DNA of 64,000 bases, from NCBI GenBank assembly GCA_964016885.1, contig OZ024749.1, positions 10,540,001-10,604,000 on the forward strand, in the 5' to 3' direction. A program made the translations under genes and the position numbers. Origin of the DNA: Eledone cirrhosa. Lineage: Eukaryota. Under the pieces are notes generated by a model that did no database searches, had not been told where the DNA came from, and saw only the letters and a list, made by a program, of their open reading frames with translations. Shown here piece by piece: positions 13,274 through 26,524 of the stretch; position 1 is the first letter of the stretch; every line of letters begins with the position of its first letter.

Positions 13274-13803
13274 CTGAAATTTGAAAGAAAGCCGTCTATT
13301 TAAAAATGAAACAGTGATAACATCAAAAACTGAGCTGGAATGCTGCCCAATATTAAGCCATTCATTACCAGATTTCTAAAAGGTGGCTAATTAGACAGAT
13401 TCATTAAGAATGTTTAATATTTGTTATGGGTTACTCTCTGCATTCTGAGTTGAAACCCTGCCAACATCCATTTACTTTTCATCCTTTAGGGTGAATAAAA
13501 ACATCCTAGTGCAGTTCTGATGTCTCACTCTCTTCTGGATGTTCCACTGGATCAAGGAAGATTGAGAGGGTATCTGCTCGCCATGGACCCATAAAACCCT
13601 TAGCAAAAGCATGGTACATACAACCAAGTGATATTTGATTGCAAGTGATGGCTGGAGAAACACTTTCCCCTTTTCATAACAAACTGCCTTAAACAACCCA
13701 GGGTTCTAACATATAAAACTGTTTAACATCATCATTTTACACCCACTTTTCATGCTGGCATCTGCTGGATGGGTCATCATAGTCACAGATAAGACAGATC
13801 TAA

Positions 13804-14105
13804 TACCAAACCTTACTCTCCACCCTGATACCACCAAGCTTTACTCTCCACCCTGATACCACCAAGTTTTATTCTCCACCCTGATACCACCAAGCCTTAC
13901 TCTCAGGCCTGATACCACCAAGCCTTACTCTCAGGCCTGATACCACCAAGCCTTACTCTCCACCCTGAAACCATCAAGCCCTACTCTCAGGCCTGATACC
14001 ATCAAGCCCTACTCTCAGTCATACCACCAAGCCCTACTCTCAGTCATACCACCAAGCCCTACTCTCAGTCATACCACCAAGCCCTACTCTCAGTCCTAAT
14101 ACCAA
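13804..14105. repeat. 26-28-bp minisatellite, about 11 copies
   Basis: unit taccaccaagccttactctc(cacc/aggc)ctga. Confidence 0.95.
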
Positions 14106-14302
14106 GTCTAACTAATGACAAAGTTAGTTATATTACAACCCCTGCCCCTACCAAAATTCTTGATTATTTTCAAAATTGAAAATTACAAGCAGTATCTTTC
14201 ATTAGAGTATGGTAACGGAAGTGTTAAGTTAATTGCCTGACATATGTATTTTGTTTAATTTAAAAATGCTTCAAAATGGAGCACAATGAATGAATTCAAT
14301 AC

Positions 14303-14383
14303 CTGTGTAAATCTTTCAGATGAGAATGGTAGAGTTTCATTTCCAATGACATAACCCTGGTGAGATTTAAGTTTCTCTTCAGC
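14303..14383 (-). CDS. ECPAS: ECM29/ECPAS exon: AEEKLKSHQGYVIGNETLPFSSERFTQ
   Basis: attag| acceptor, CAG|gtattg donor; resembles YMTGTTVLPFNP. Confidence 0.87.
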
Positions 14384-14946
14384 CTAATTAAAAAAGAGAA
14401 CAGAACACATGTTTTCAAATCTCAAATTTTTATTTAAAGCTAAAAACAAATTATTTCTACAAGTGCTTCAAAGTTACTGAGTGGCAACATTTTGATGTAT
14501 GTGGCGATATTTCACAGCTAGCCAGTACCTAATTGGAGTTACTGACCTCATAGACAAGTCAGGTAACCACATCTCATTCCAGTTTTTGGCATGGTTTCAA
14601 CAACTGGATACCATTCCTAATGCCAACCAATTTACAGAGTGTACTGGGTGCATTTTATCATGGCACCAGCACTAGAGAGGTTGTCACATCCATGATGTGA
14701 CTGTAAAGTCCTCTCACCCTTTCTTTCACATCATTTGCATGACTGGAAGCTCTTTCTAATGCCAATCCCTATACAGAATATACCGTGTTTATTTTACCAT
14801 GGCACCAGAGGTTGTCATATTCTTGACGCAACTGAAGAATCTTTAAATCCTTTTGGGACATGGAAGTGGCAGTGGTGCATTCCTTCTATGGCTGGATACC
14901 ATATAATAGTTAGTTGAAAATAAACAATAGATTTCCGATAACCTAC

Positions 14947-15073
14947 CTTATCATGAATATATTTGACCATTTCACAAAAATTTGGCAGAGAAAACTTTTC
15001 TTTGGTTGCCTTCCTACTGTACTGCTTTGATAAATGTAAGGCTTTCATAGCTTCATTACGAATATCATCTTTC
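14947..15073 (-). CDS. ECPAS: ECM29/ECPAS exon: KDDIRNEAMKALHLSKQYSRKATKEKFSLPNFCEMVKYIHDK
   Basis: cag| acceptor, AAG|gtaggt donor; resembles MPSFPEMVYYIQEK. Confidence 0.9.
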
Positions 15074-15795
15074 CTGTGAGAGAAAAATAGAGGAAAAAGA
15101 TTATGGTGAGTGACTACAAAATGAAAAAAATATTTGGAAACATCAAAAATTTAACCCATGTCTTCCATATCATCATCATTGTTTTTATATCCATTTCTCT
15201 AAGATGAGAATTTTGAGGCAGAATTTGACAACCAGATGCTGTTCTTGACACTGACTCTTGTAATGTTGGGGATCAAGCCGTCTACCTCCTGGTGGTGAGC
15301 CCTGGAAACTGATCACTAATGTTGATCAGGTAAACAACAACCTGAGACAGCTTTATATACAACAAAAGACTTGTAATGTTTAATCTTTTTAATACCAAAC
15401 TGCACAACACTGCCTCTAGTTTTATGATACAAAACTATCCATTCTAAAATGTTTTGTTTAAAATTTAAACCTGCTCTCAAACTTTTACATAAAAATTTAT
15501 TATGTTATTTTCTAAATAGTAACTTAATGAAGAAATTAGTCATCTAATAAAATCCTTTACAAGTTCTAGATAATTTAAAAAATCAACTGAAACATATGGA
15601 CAAGTATTCTATTAGAAATATGGTCACAAAAATATGGTATAGTAAGACGCAGGTCTTTGTATGTCTAATAGCTAGAGAACAGGATCTTTTAAATGACACT
15701 AGGGCACTGTTATATATTAGCTACCAACTAGTGGTTCCCTCAGTGGAAATGATGTTGGCAGTGACAATAATGCTGATTATGAGCACAACAAATAT

Positions 15796-16225
15796 AAGAG
15801 GGATAAGTTGTGGTGTGCAGGAGAGAAGGCTGAGATGGTATGGACATGTGATGTGCATGGAGGATGACCGATGGGTGAAGAAGTGCCAGGAAGTCCCAGT
15901 GGAGGGAAGACACACTAGAGGTAGCCCACGTAAAACATGGGCGGAGGTGGTGAGAGCAGACCTCAGATCGCTGAAACTCACCGAGGAGATGACGAAGGAC
16001 CTTGACAAGTGGAGAGATGCTGTGCTGAATAGGACCCGTCCCACCCTTGCAAGTAGGGAAAAGCGGACGTAAAATGATGATAATGATGATGATGATGATG
16101 ATGATACTGATGGAAATGATGTTGGCAGTGATAATGATGGTGGTGATGATGATAACGATGGCAATGATGATGTTGATGGAAATGATGTCGGCAGTGATAA
16201 TGATGATGATGACGATGACGATGAT
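15796..16225 (+). mobile_element. RTE family 1 3' fragment with extended (GAT)n region
   Basis: ERRLRWYGHV...PTLASREKRT matches the end of ORF 7159. Confidence 0.93.
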
Positions 16226-16242
16226 TGTTGTATCAAACTTAC

Positions 16243-16346
16243 GCATCTCCAGTAGCAAGCAAAAGAATATATCTTGATGGTATATAGTCCTCAGGAAAGA
16301 CAGATATGGCATATTTGACAGAAACTGACCGGGCCTGGTGCATTTC
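16243..16346 (-). CDS. ECPAS: ECM29/ECPAS exon: [34 protein letters not shown]
   Basis: ctgcag| acceptor, |gtaagt donor; resembles VFPSDHIPSRYLLLLAAGD. Confidence 0.92.
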
Positions 16347-16665
16347 CTGCAGATAATAAAACATAATAATAATAATAATAACAAACCAAGCGAGGTAATA
16401 TCTTGGAAGATCATTTACTAATTAGGCATTATGGAACAGAAAAACAACAACAAATATACTTTCATCAACCTTTTTAAACACATACATGATGATGATGACA
16501 AATAGATAATAGGTTTTCCTGAATAAAATGTTTAAATATAAAACTAATAAATATATACACACATATGTTGAGTGTCCAAAATTCGAACTGAATTTACATT
16601 GTCTGAATTTTGGACAATCAACAATTTATGTCGCAAAGTTTGCATATCACCTACTTTATGAAATT

Positions 16666-16731
16666 CTATCTGATGATGACGTGCTAGACTTAGGTAACTA
16701 TCATCTAACACCTCTGAAATGCACATAATAG
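16666..16731 (+). ncRNA. type I hammerhead ribozyme motif F
   Basis: ctat-CTGATGA-t gacgtgctaga/tctaacacctc t-GAAA-tgcaca-TA-atag; (TA)n follows about 65 bp downstream. Confidence 0.7.
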
Positions 16732-16787
16732 TTGTTATATAATAAATTTAAGTATGGAACTGTAGAACCCTGTCTTCATATTTATTA

Positions 16788-16838
<51 letters not shown>

Positions 16839-16843
<5 letters not shown>

Positions 16844-17590
16844 CTTGTATACGAACAGCAATATTATAGGGTAGTGAGACCTGGCCATTGTGTGCAGAAG
16901 ACTTGCATAGATTAGAAAGAAGCGAAGCTTGCATGCTCCGATGAATGTGTAATAGTAATGTATGCAAACGGCAAAGCATAAACAAATTGAGAGAGAGACT
17001 AAGCATGAGAGGTATCAAATGTTGTGTTCTGGAGGAGATTGCGTTGGTATGGCCATGTGATGCGTATGAAGGACAGCAGTTGCATAAAAAAGTGCAGAGC
17101 GATCAAAATTGATGGAAGCTATGGAGTGGGTAGACCAAGAAAAACCCTGGGACGAGGTGATAAAAACTGACCTTGCTCACTTACACCTCTCTAAGACAAT
17201 GACACTGGATCAAGATCTTTGGCGCCATGCAGTTGTACAGAAAACCCTCCTTCCCTTACATATGAACTTAAACCTAGTCAGTAGGCACCTCTTAACCCAA
17301 TATACACCCCACCTCCCACTCCATCCTCCCACTGTAAAGTGGTCGTGTAGGTGACACGACAAAAAGCACCCAGTCCACACTGTAAAGTGTAGGAGACATG
17401 GTAAAGAGGCTCACAGTCCACATTGTAATCATGGTTGGTGTTAGGAAGGGCATCCAGCTGTAGAAAACTTGCCAGAAACAGTTCTGTACCAGCGAGACAT
17501 GGTCTCCCAACCAATCTCGCCTCAAGTGGGACAGAGCCGTCCAACTCATGTTGGTCTGGAAGATGGACGTTAAACGATGATGATGATGAT
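16839..17590 (+). mobile_element. RTE family 2 3' fragment with long 3'UTR
   Basis: decayed YDACIR...GSETW...GRPRK coding region, then UTR and (GAT)n. Confidence 0.9.
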
Positions 17591-17689
17591 GGTTCCATAA
17601 CTCCTGATAGAGTTGTAGGGGCACCATATTGACATACACCATTTCTTGGGCATTATAAGCCTGGTGGAGCCTATCTCTCTCAAAGCATA

Positions 17690-18552
17690 GTTGGTAATAG
17701 AATGTATGATCCTCTTTACGAGACATTTACTGTTTCTCCTGATCAATTAAGAGATAGCAAGTGGATGGACAACGGTGGCGAACCTATAAGGGTAACTAAT
17801 CAAAAACAAAACACCCAGGCTAGAAGCGGGTGTGTTTACTGGGTAGATGATAGTTCTAACATAAAAGGATTTTTACCCTATAGGTATTTAGAATTTAATC
17901 CAAAACATTTGTTGAATTTTATTAGTAGAATAGACAAAATTATTGAGTGGTTCACCGACCTTTTATATTCTATCAACTTAGAGCTGTTATATTTCGAAGA
18001 ACCAGATAAAACTAGGCATAAATTTGGACCTGATTCACAGGAAATTGTGAAAAAATTAACTGCTCTTAACAATGATTTAAGCTATCTTCTTCAACGTTTA
18101 AACAAAATAGGTTTGCTCCTTAAAACAAATATCATCATTAACAGTAACCATGGAGTGGCGTATACTCCACCAAATAAAATTATTAACTTGTACTTATACA
18201 TCATGCCGTCAAAATATCAAATTTTCGGAGCCAATCCTATTGGCAATATCCTACCTAATGGTTTAAAGCCATCTTCGAATAATGGCAGCTTACACATAGT
18301 TTGAGTATTCCTTATTCCCAAGCACAGAAGCAGTTTTACAACATTTATTACATATATGTTAGTTCTTGCCCTAATTGCTACATTGGTTGGTTGATGTTTT
18401 TACTGTGGGTTCATGTGGGTTCATGTGGCTAACAAAGACTCAAGCACAAACACATGTCGTTTTATACGTCTGCTATAAAATTTTCTAATACATCAGTTCA
18501 TCCAACTCAAACATCTTTATTGTCAAATTCAGATGATGATGTAATCCCATAA
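17690..18552 (+). pseudogene. intronless, decayed ENPP4/5-like nucleotide pyrophosphatase/phosphodiesterase copy
   Basis: MYDP, EPIxVTNQ, RIDKIIEWF, LLYFEEPDxxxHKFGPDS, TNIIINSNHG; metal-ligand motif SDHG changed to SNHG; early stop. Confidence 0.8.
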
Positions 18553-18647
18553 GTATTCCCCTCCACATTGAGTTTTTTTCAAAATATGTATTATATTATT
18601 TGTATATTGTGGTACATGTTCATTTTCTATTTTTGATTCTGAGAGGT

Positions 18648-19575
18648 TATAATAATAATAATGAAATTATTATGTAAAGTGCTCAGGTGCACCACAACTC
18701 GTCAATATAGTACATAGAATAATACACAAATGTCAGGGAAGTACATGTGTGTATGTGTTAGCTGTAGTGTTGGCGGATCTCGGGAAGCATGGAGGCCTTA
18801 AAGGATGCAGTGTCTCGACAGCTAACAACTGATGCAGGTAGTTTGTTCCATGCTTCAGCAACTCTGAGCGTGAAAAAATGTTTCCGAAAGTCATGGGAAC
18901 TGTGCTGTTTTCTTACTCTGTAGGCATGTCCACGTGTGTTAGACACATGGAAATCAAAAAGGTACTCAGGGTTGTTGTTGGCAACATGGTTAACAATTTT
19001 GTGGGTGTTTACCAAGTCAGTTGCCAGGCGTCGGAGCTTCAATGAATCCATGCCCAGGGAAGCAAGGCGATCAGAGTATGGTAGATGCCTGATGGAGGGT
19101 ATTCGCTTGGTTGCACGTCTCTGAACAGTTTCCAGGCGGTCAATGTCCTGAGCAAGATAGGGGTTCCAGACTGGTGATGCAAATTCTAAGTGTGGTCGCA
19201 CCATAGCTGTATACAGCCTTAAATAGATGGCTGGAGAGCGGCTGACAAAGGTCTTGCTGAGTGATGCTAAGACACCCTCGGCCTTCTTGACAATTTTAGA
19301 GACGTGCCTCGTCCAACGCAAATCGCTGCTGACCGTAATGCCCAGGTCACGTTCACAGGAAGACTTCTTGATATTAGTGCTGTGGAGGGAGTATGTGGAC
19401 GCTGGGTTTTTACTCCCAAAATGCATGGTGGTGCACTTGTCCACAGCTAGCTTGAGTTGCCAGTCTGAGATCCATTGTTGCATTGTGTCCAGGTCAGACT
19501 GCAAGCAAGATCTATAGTGTTCAGGATCTGTCCTTTTTATCTCAAGGTACAGCTTGATGTCGTCTGCGTACTTTA
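18648..19575 (-). mobile_element. 5'-truncated CR1-type LINE with (ATT)n tail
   Basis: nearly identical to the 3' half of 41967-43933. Confidence 0.93.
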
Positions 19576-21021
19576 GATTCGATATTATGTGAGATAAAGT
19601 GTTTACTGTAAAAATACAATAGCATATAATGTAAATGGTAAAGGGTTAAGTAAAGTTTTTTGTTGATTATTGTTTGTACTCTCATATATATGTGTATATC
19701 TAGTCATCTAGTTCCTCCAGCCTCAACGAGTTACATATATATATATATATATATCATCACTGTTTTACGTACGTATTTCCAAATCGTAATATAATTCTTT
19801 TTTATTTTTTTTATTTATTTTATTTTATTTTATTTTATTTTACTTCTTTTCATCTCATTTCATTTTATTTTATTATTTTAATTTAATTTTATTTTATTTT
19901 TATTTTATTTTATTTTATATTATATTATGTATTTATGTACTTCAATTATACTATGTACTGTATTTATATATCTATTTCTCTCTCTATATGTGTGTATATA
20001 TATATATATGTATTTATATGCATGTACATGTATTTATGTGTGTATATGTATGTGTATATATATATGTGTGATGCATATCTACCTATATGTGTATGTACGT
20101 CTATGTATATATATGTGAGAATTGTGTATATATATGCATACAATTCGATTGCACTTGTTTATAAGGATTATCTTAAGGTTCGTGATAAATAAACCTATAT
20201 AATAAGTCATAACTACATAACAGGTAGTTTTATTAGATATAAAACATATATATAAAAAAAATTTGTATAATAACATAAAGTGTGTATAACATAAAATTTC
20301 CTTTAATATCTTAACAATTGTAACATTTATATAACTAAATAACATAATCTCCTTCACACTGCTTTGATATTACATAGAAATGATTTTCTCTGATTTTATA
20401 AGATTTTCTACGAAAAATCTATAAGTTTATAGAAATTCCTATATCTTAAATTAAAAAAATCCTTTATACTTTGTATGTATATATTATGTGCGCAGATATA
20501 TATGTATGTGCATTTATACGTGTATATATATTTAAATGTATGTATATCTGCGTGTGTATATATATGAATATATTCTTCTAATAATATATAGATTTTTTAA
20601 TAATATATAGTCTTAATAATAATATATAGATTTCTTAATATATAGATCTCAATTTTTAATGTATAGATCTCAATAATTTAAATGATAAACTAAACATTTA
20701 ATCATATTTAAACAATGGTTTAAAATTCTCATATTATATATGTATCTTCCATTCATGAATATTTACATTTCTCTATTCATCCATAAAAAAAAAAATATTT
20801 ATTTATTCTTTCACTTCATCTCAAATGTTAAGATAACTCAACAACCTATCACTTAGAGTTTTCGCTCTCTCTCCCTTCTTTTTCTCTTCTCTCTCTCTTT
20901 TTTCTTTCTCTTGTTCTTCTCTCTCTCTCTCTCTCTCTTTCTCTTTCTCCGTAACCCAACGGCTTATTTAAAAATATCCAATACTAATTTACATAATAGT
21001 ATAAATAAAGTTATAACCCCA

Positions 21022-21298
21022 CTATCCGGGAGCTTCCAACAGTAATGGTTGCATTCTTTAAGGGTATGTCAATATTTATTTATAAAACTGCTCTATATTA
21101 TATTTCATCTGATGAAAGCACACCATAATTTAACTTGGTGTCCTTGAAATATGTATAATGAAATAAATATGGTTTTATAAATATAGTTTCCATTTGTTAA
21201 TATCGTATTTTTACTCCAATTATTTGTTGAGTGCTTTATATCAGTTATAAAAATATTTGCTTGTTGTATCCCAACAATTTAAATAGAACTTTTACATA

Positions 21299-21305
<7 letters not shown>
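21022..21305 (+). mobile_element. hammerhead-bearing element family C ending at (TA)n
   Basis: homologous to both arms of 34845-35274. Confidence 0.8.
21101..21165 (+). ncRNA. type I hammerhead ribozyme motif C
   Basis: tatttcat-CTGATGA-aag c acacc/ggtgt c ctt-GAAA-tatgta-TA-atgaaata; 8-bp stem I, near-palindromic stem III. Confidence 0.85.
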
Positions 21306-21338
<33 letters not shown>

Positions 21339-21380
21339 AGCAACAAAAAAGACTTGAAAGAGAAAATAAAAGTTACATAC

Positions 21381-21503
21381 CCCTTCAATGTATTCCATAA
21401 GGAGTTCTACCAGTAATTTCTTATTTTCTTCATCTTGGCCTTTAAATGCTGTTGCCATCAAACTCAAGGAACCTTGGACAGCAAGACGAATTTCAGCTTC
21501 TTC
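21381..21503 (-). CDS. ECPAS: ECM29/ECPAS exon: EEAEIRLAVQGSLSLMATAFKGQDEENKKLLVELLMEYIEG
   Basis: tag| acceptor, |gtatgt donor; resembles [20 protein letters not shown]. Confidence 0.9.
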
Positions 21504-21544
21504 CTAATCACACACACATAAAGAAAAACAATATTAATAATAAT

Positions 21545-22275
21545 GGTTTCTACATTTGGCACAAGGCCAGCAATTACCCAGGGTACATTATTTTATCGAC
21601 CCCGTAAGGATGAAAGGCAAAGTTAACCTCGGCGGGATTTGAACACAGAGGCCATAGTATCTAGAATAAGGACGGGTTGGAAGAAGTTTAGGGAGCTGCT
21701 TCCTCTGCTGACGAAGAAGTGTTTCTCCCTGCGTACGAAAGGCCAGTTATATGATGCATGTGTGAGGAGCGCGATGCTGCATGGTAGTGAGACATGGGCA
21801 GCAACTGCAGAGGATATGCGATGGCTGGAGAGAAATGAGGCAAGCATGCTCCGTTGGATGTGCAGTGTAAATGTGCGTGAACGACCCAGCATAAATGTGT
21901 TGAGAGAGAAACTGTGTCTGAGAGGGATAGAATGTAGTGTACGGGAGAGGAGACTGAGGTGCTATGGACATGTGATGCGCATGGAGGATGGTGAAGAAGT
22001 GCCAGGAAATGCCAGTTGAAAGAAGACGTGGTAGAGGTAGACCACAAAAAACGTGGGCAGAGGTGGTGAGAACAGACCTCAGATCGCTGAAGCTCACGGT
22101 GGAGATGACGAAGGACCATGACAAGTAGAGAGATGCTGTGCTGAATAAGACCTGTCCCACCCTTGCAAGCAGGGAAAAGCAGACGTAAAATGATGATGAT
22201 GATGAATGGCAAGGGCCGTAACTCTATGCGTCAAAGCATGGTGTCCGACTCTCTACCGATGCTGCCAATCCACTG
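21545..22275. mobile_element. RTE family 1 3' fragment (+, about 21646-22204) inserted in a minus-strand S1 SINE
   Basis: SINE breaks at its B box and resumes after the (GAT)n tail. Confidence 0.88.
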
Positions 22276-22294
22276 CCATAATATTAATAATAAT

Positions 22295-22510
22295 GATTTC
22301 TACTATAGGCACAAGGCCAGAAATTTGGTGGGAGGGAAAAGTCAATTAAATCAACCCCAGTGCATTACTGGTGCTTTATTTTATTGACCCCATAAGGATG
22401 AAAGGCAAAGTTAACCTTGGCGGGATTTGAACTCAGAACGTAAAGGGTCATAACTCTATGCTGCAAAGCATGGTGTCTGGTGCTCTACCGATACTGCCAA
22501 TGCACCGCCT
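22295..22510 (-). mobile_element. tRNA-derived SINE family S1
   Basis: matches 38533-38725. Confidence 0.88.
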
Positions 22511-22599
22511 TTGGCACAAGAACATAAAATGCTGCACATTCATTAAGAAGACAGAAGTGCAGCAGGTGTTGCAGTTAAGTCTTGCATGAAATTATTGAA

Positions 22600-23520
22600 G
22601 AATTAATAATTTCTTTTATTGGTGACAAGGGCCGTTGTGGACAGTAGAAGGACAACAACACAGAGTGGGGGTTACATTAAGTAAAAAGCTTTGAAATCAA
22701 CAAAAACAATAAATGTAACAATATATTTCTAACAAGAAAAATTCCCCAACAGGAAGGGAAAGACCACAAAGGGTAATTCTGGGAGAAAACGGCTACACCA
22801 AGGCCCTAGAATATTCTATATCACCAAAGGAATTGAAAGTGCTCTCTCCCAGTTTATTTTCCTCTTATCTTAGAAAAGCATAGTCAGAGTAGCCCCCATT
22901 CAGCCTCATCAATCTTCCTGCTCTTACCAACCTTTCATTAGACACTGAAGAAGGCACAACTTTCACCTCTACCCTTACTTTCCTCTTCAAGTGGTACTTG
23001 AAGAAGTTAATGGGAGCTTAGCTGTAAAGGAAAAATTCCTGTCCTCAAACTTTTCCCTTCTTTTACCACAGTTAGCATACAGAGAAAAACTTGCCACCCT
23101 TCCTTGCCAGGGAAAGGTGGTGGTTCAATTTTCACTACAGATTTGGTTGACATCTGGATGTCTTACACGTAATAACAGCTGTTTGGCACAAGCCCACAAT
23201 TCTGTAATGCACAGACACTTAATAATAGCGTGCATGATAGTTTTGTCATCCTCCATGCATCTCAAATAATTTCTGTGCTGCCTGTGGAGCTTGTAATGCT
23301 CCCATGAGGCTCTGCCAAGTCTGTGCTGCCTGTGGAGCTTGTAATGCTCCCATGAGGCTCTGCCAAGTCAAACACTTTGTGAAACTGTCCATTATCCCTG
23401 GCACTGAAAGTCTTCCAGAAGAGTCTGCTTAGGCTATTCTCATCGATACCCACAGTGCTACTCAGGTCATTGTTTGTTCCCTCCATTAACCCAAGCAAGC
23501 ATTGTTTTCAAATCAAAGCC
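22600..23520 (-). mobile_element. decayed L1/Tx1-like LINE 3' fragment with a 48-bp tandem duplication (23272-23367)
   Basis: zinc-finger-like CMEDDKTIMHAIIKC..LW remnant on the minus strand; A-rich 3' end. Confidence 0.55.
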
Positions 23521-23790
23521 AACCCACCAGATATTATAGTCCAATCTACAAAGAAAAGAAATGTCTTCTAATTGATGTATCAATCCCCACAGTAGAAAAA
23601 GATATAAAGAAATGCTATTCCGATGATAGAGACAGTATTTTTACATTAGAAATACGGTAATGAAAAGGTTAATGAAAGCCAAGTATCTTTAAATATTTAA
23701 TTATAAACAGTATAAACAAATTTCATGCCTAATTAATTTGCCATAAATTTAAAGATATCAATTATAACATAAAATGATGAAAATAATAAT

Positions 23791-23978
23791 TGCTTCTACT
23801 TTTGGCACAAGGCCAGCAATTACCCAGTGCATTACTGGTACTTTATTTTATTGACCCCGTAAGGATGAAAGGCAAAGTTAACCTCGGCAGGATCTGAACT
23901 CAGACCGTAAAGGGGCGTAACTCTATGCTACAAAGCATGGTGTCCGACCTCTACCGATACTGCCAATCTACCGCCCTT
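23791..23978 (-). mobile_element. SINE family S1 with 17-bp TSD atgatgaaaataataat
   Basis: TSD at 23774-23790 and 23979-23995. Confidence 0.92.
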
Positions 23979-24529
23979 ATGATGAAAATAATAATGGTTT
24001 CTTTTTTAGACAGACCAGCAATTTTGAGAGAAAGAGACAGTCAAATTGACCCTAGTAGTTGACTGGTATTTTATTACCCACCAAAAAGATGAAAAACAAA
24101 GTTGACTTTAGCAGGACCTGAACTCAGAATGGAAAATGCTGGAACAAATGCTGCAAAGTCATTTGTCTGATGTTCTAGAGATTCTGCCAATCCACTGTCC
24201 TTATCATCAAAGTAAAAATAAATGATTTCTTTATTAACCACAAAAGATTCGCATAAAGAAAAGATTAAGGATGACACAGTGAGGTTTATTTGTGTAAAAA
24301 TATAACAAAAAAAAACCCCCAAAAAGCCCCCAAAAAAACCAATAAACATGTAAAAATTAAAAACAAAAGAACATTTCCCAATGGGTGGGGGAATTTCTAA
24401 GGATCACTCATGAGGAAAGTCCACAAAAAGTCACCACTTGGACCACAAGGGCAAATAACCTCCCCTAATTGTCCTTCTCCAATATACAGAGCAGGCCCAT
24501 TTACTCAGATGAACGAAATATTTAATTCT

Positions 24530-24740
24530 TTTTACTTTAGGCACAAGGCCAGCAATTTGAATAGGAGGGGAAAGTCGATTAAATCCCCTCCAGTGCTTTA
24601 CTGGTACTTTATTTTATTGACCCTAGAAGGATGAAAAACAAAGGTAACCTCAGCAGGATTTGAACTCAGAATGTAAAGGGTCGTAATTATATGCAGTAAA
24701 GCACTGACCCTCTACGGATTACTGGCAAATCACTGCTCTG
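24530..24740 (-). mobile_element. SINE family S1 (older copy)
   Basis: ggcacaaggccagcaat...ggatttgaactcaga. Confidence 0.82.
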
Positions 24741-24771
24741 ATGAAAGTAATAATAATAAAATTGTACATAC

Positions 24772-24888
24772 TGTGCAAATGGCAGAAAAAAATTGTTTTA
24801 TCAAGCTTATACCATTGACGACAAGGTATGGGCACCTCCGGATTATTTTACCTATAGCAACATAGGCCAATGAACGTAATTTATTGTC
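24772..24888 (-). CDS. ECPAS: ECM29/ECPAS exon: DNKLRSLAYVAIGKIIRRCPYLVVNGISLIKQFFSAICT
   Basis: ttttcag| acceptor, |gtatgt donor; resembles DPKLLSMAYSAVGKL. Confidence 0.9.
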
Positions 24889-25556
24889 CTGAAAAAATAT
24901 AGATTACTTTATCAGAGAACAGGTAATAAATGAAAATGAAAATTTCAAAAATAATATTTTATCAGAAAGAGCACAAAGTTTTGTCCAACGCAGGCATGAA
25001 AAAAAAAAAAAAAAAAGTGTAAAAAAAAAAAAATTATAAGGTAAATAATTTCACAAGTCTTTCTTTTGTTAAAAAAAAGATAGAGACAGATGTGTCACAC
25101 CAAAGATACAAAAGTTAATATAGAGGTAATTGAAGGAGCTGAAATTTCCAAATGAAAGGAGTTATTCTCATAAATAGACTTTTAATAAACAGCAGGCATG
25201 AGTTGCATGAAGTCTATGAATGTCATCAACCCCTCCAACCCAATATCTTTAGAGAAAAGCGCTGCTTACCATCATTGCTACACTTCATTACCTTTCTTTT
25301 GAAAAAGGGATCATACCTCCGAAATATGAAAAGTGTAAACTGTTGTTTTGTTTAATTTTTTTAAATTCCACTTTACTCTACACTAATTCTCACCATCAGC
25401 TTTCATAAAATAATTCTAATCATATATTTTACAATGCTATATACACTATACTTCAAGCTTTAAACAAACTCATTGAATTATTGATTTTATTAAAATGAAA
25501 TGATTCCAAGACAGATGTCTGATATTAGTGTTAATAATGACAAATATAGTTTTTAC

Positions 25557-25632
25557 CTTTGAACTTTTAATAACTATTACCATACTAGCTAACAGTTCGG
25601 TATTTATTGGTTTGACTACAGTATCGGAGGAA
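25557..25632 (-). CDS. ECPAS: ECM29/ECPAS exon: (F)SSDTVVKPINTELLASMVIVIKSSK
   Basis: ttgcag| acceptor, AAG|gtaaaa donor; in phase; aligns to IKPLGPMLLNGL region. Confidence 0.8.
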
Positions 25633-26524
25633 CTGCAAAGAAGGGAAATAATTCAGAAGAATATTGAAATTAGAAAAGAAAAGAAAAAATATATATATTA
25701 TATACATACACAAAAATTTAAGTGTAAATCAAATAGAATTTTGCAGCAAATAAAATGTTTTCCACTACATGCAAAATGAAAAATTACTGATCAACCCAAG
25801 CATATTACTGGTGTATTATTTTATTATACATAAAGTTAAAAGCAAGTTTGCAATTGGAAGGATTTGCTCTCAGAATCTAATTATAAACAGGCAAAATATC
25901 TACCACTGTACTGGACATTTCTACTCTCTTACAGGTAGAAAATTAGCAAAGTTGTTAGAATATAAGATAAAATGCTTTGCAGTATTTATTCCACCTTTCT
26001 GTATTCCACTCAGTACAAACCCCACAGAGATCAACTTTGCCAGCCATCCTTTCAAGGTTGATAAAAAAAATACCAGTCCAGTACTGGGGGCAATTTTCAT
26101 CCTCTATATCTTTCTCACTTCCTCTTTCTCCTTCTCTAGAAGAAATCGGTTATTTTCAAACCTGGAGAAGGATAGGCACAGCCATGTTTAAAGAGTTACT
26201 ACAATGCCCCTAAGACTCAACTAGAAACAACGGATCCATACATACATCATCTCTTACCCTTATTCCCCTGGTTTTATAATAAAACTTTTTATTCTAAAAG
26301 TGTTTATATTTATCTAAAAGACCTTCTGTAATAATTTTATGTAAGAAACTTTGTTATTTTTCAAACACCAGTTTAAGAATGAAAAATATTATTTTCAAAA
26401 TGATTTGAAAACCGCAAGAAATGTTTTTCATAAGAAATATGATAATGAAAGAGTTGACCGAACATCTAGATATTACAATATTTTTATATATTCCACCCTT
26501 TAAGGTCGTAGTATCGTTGCTACA

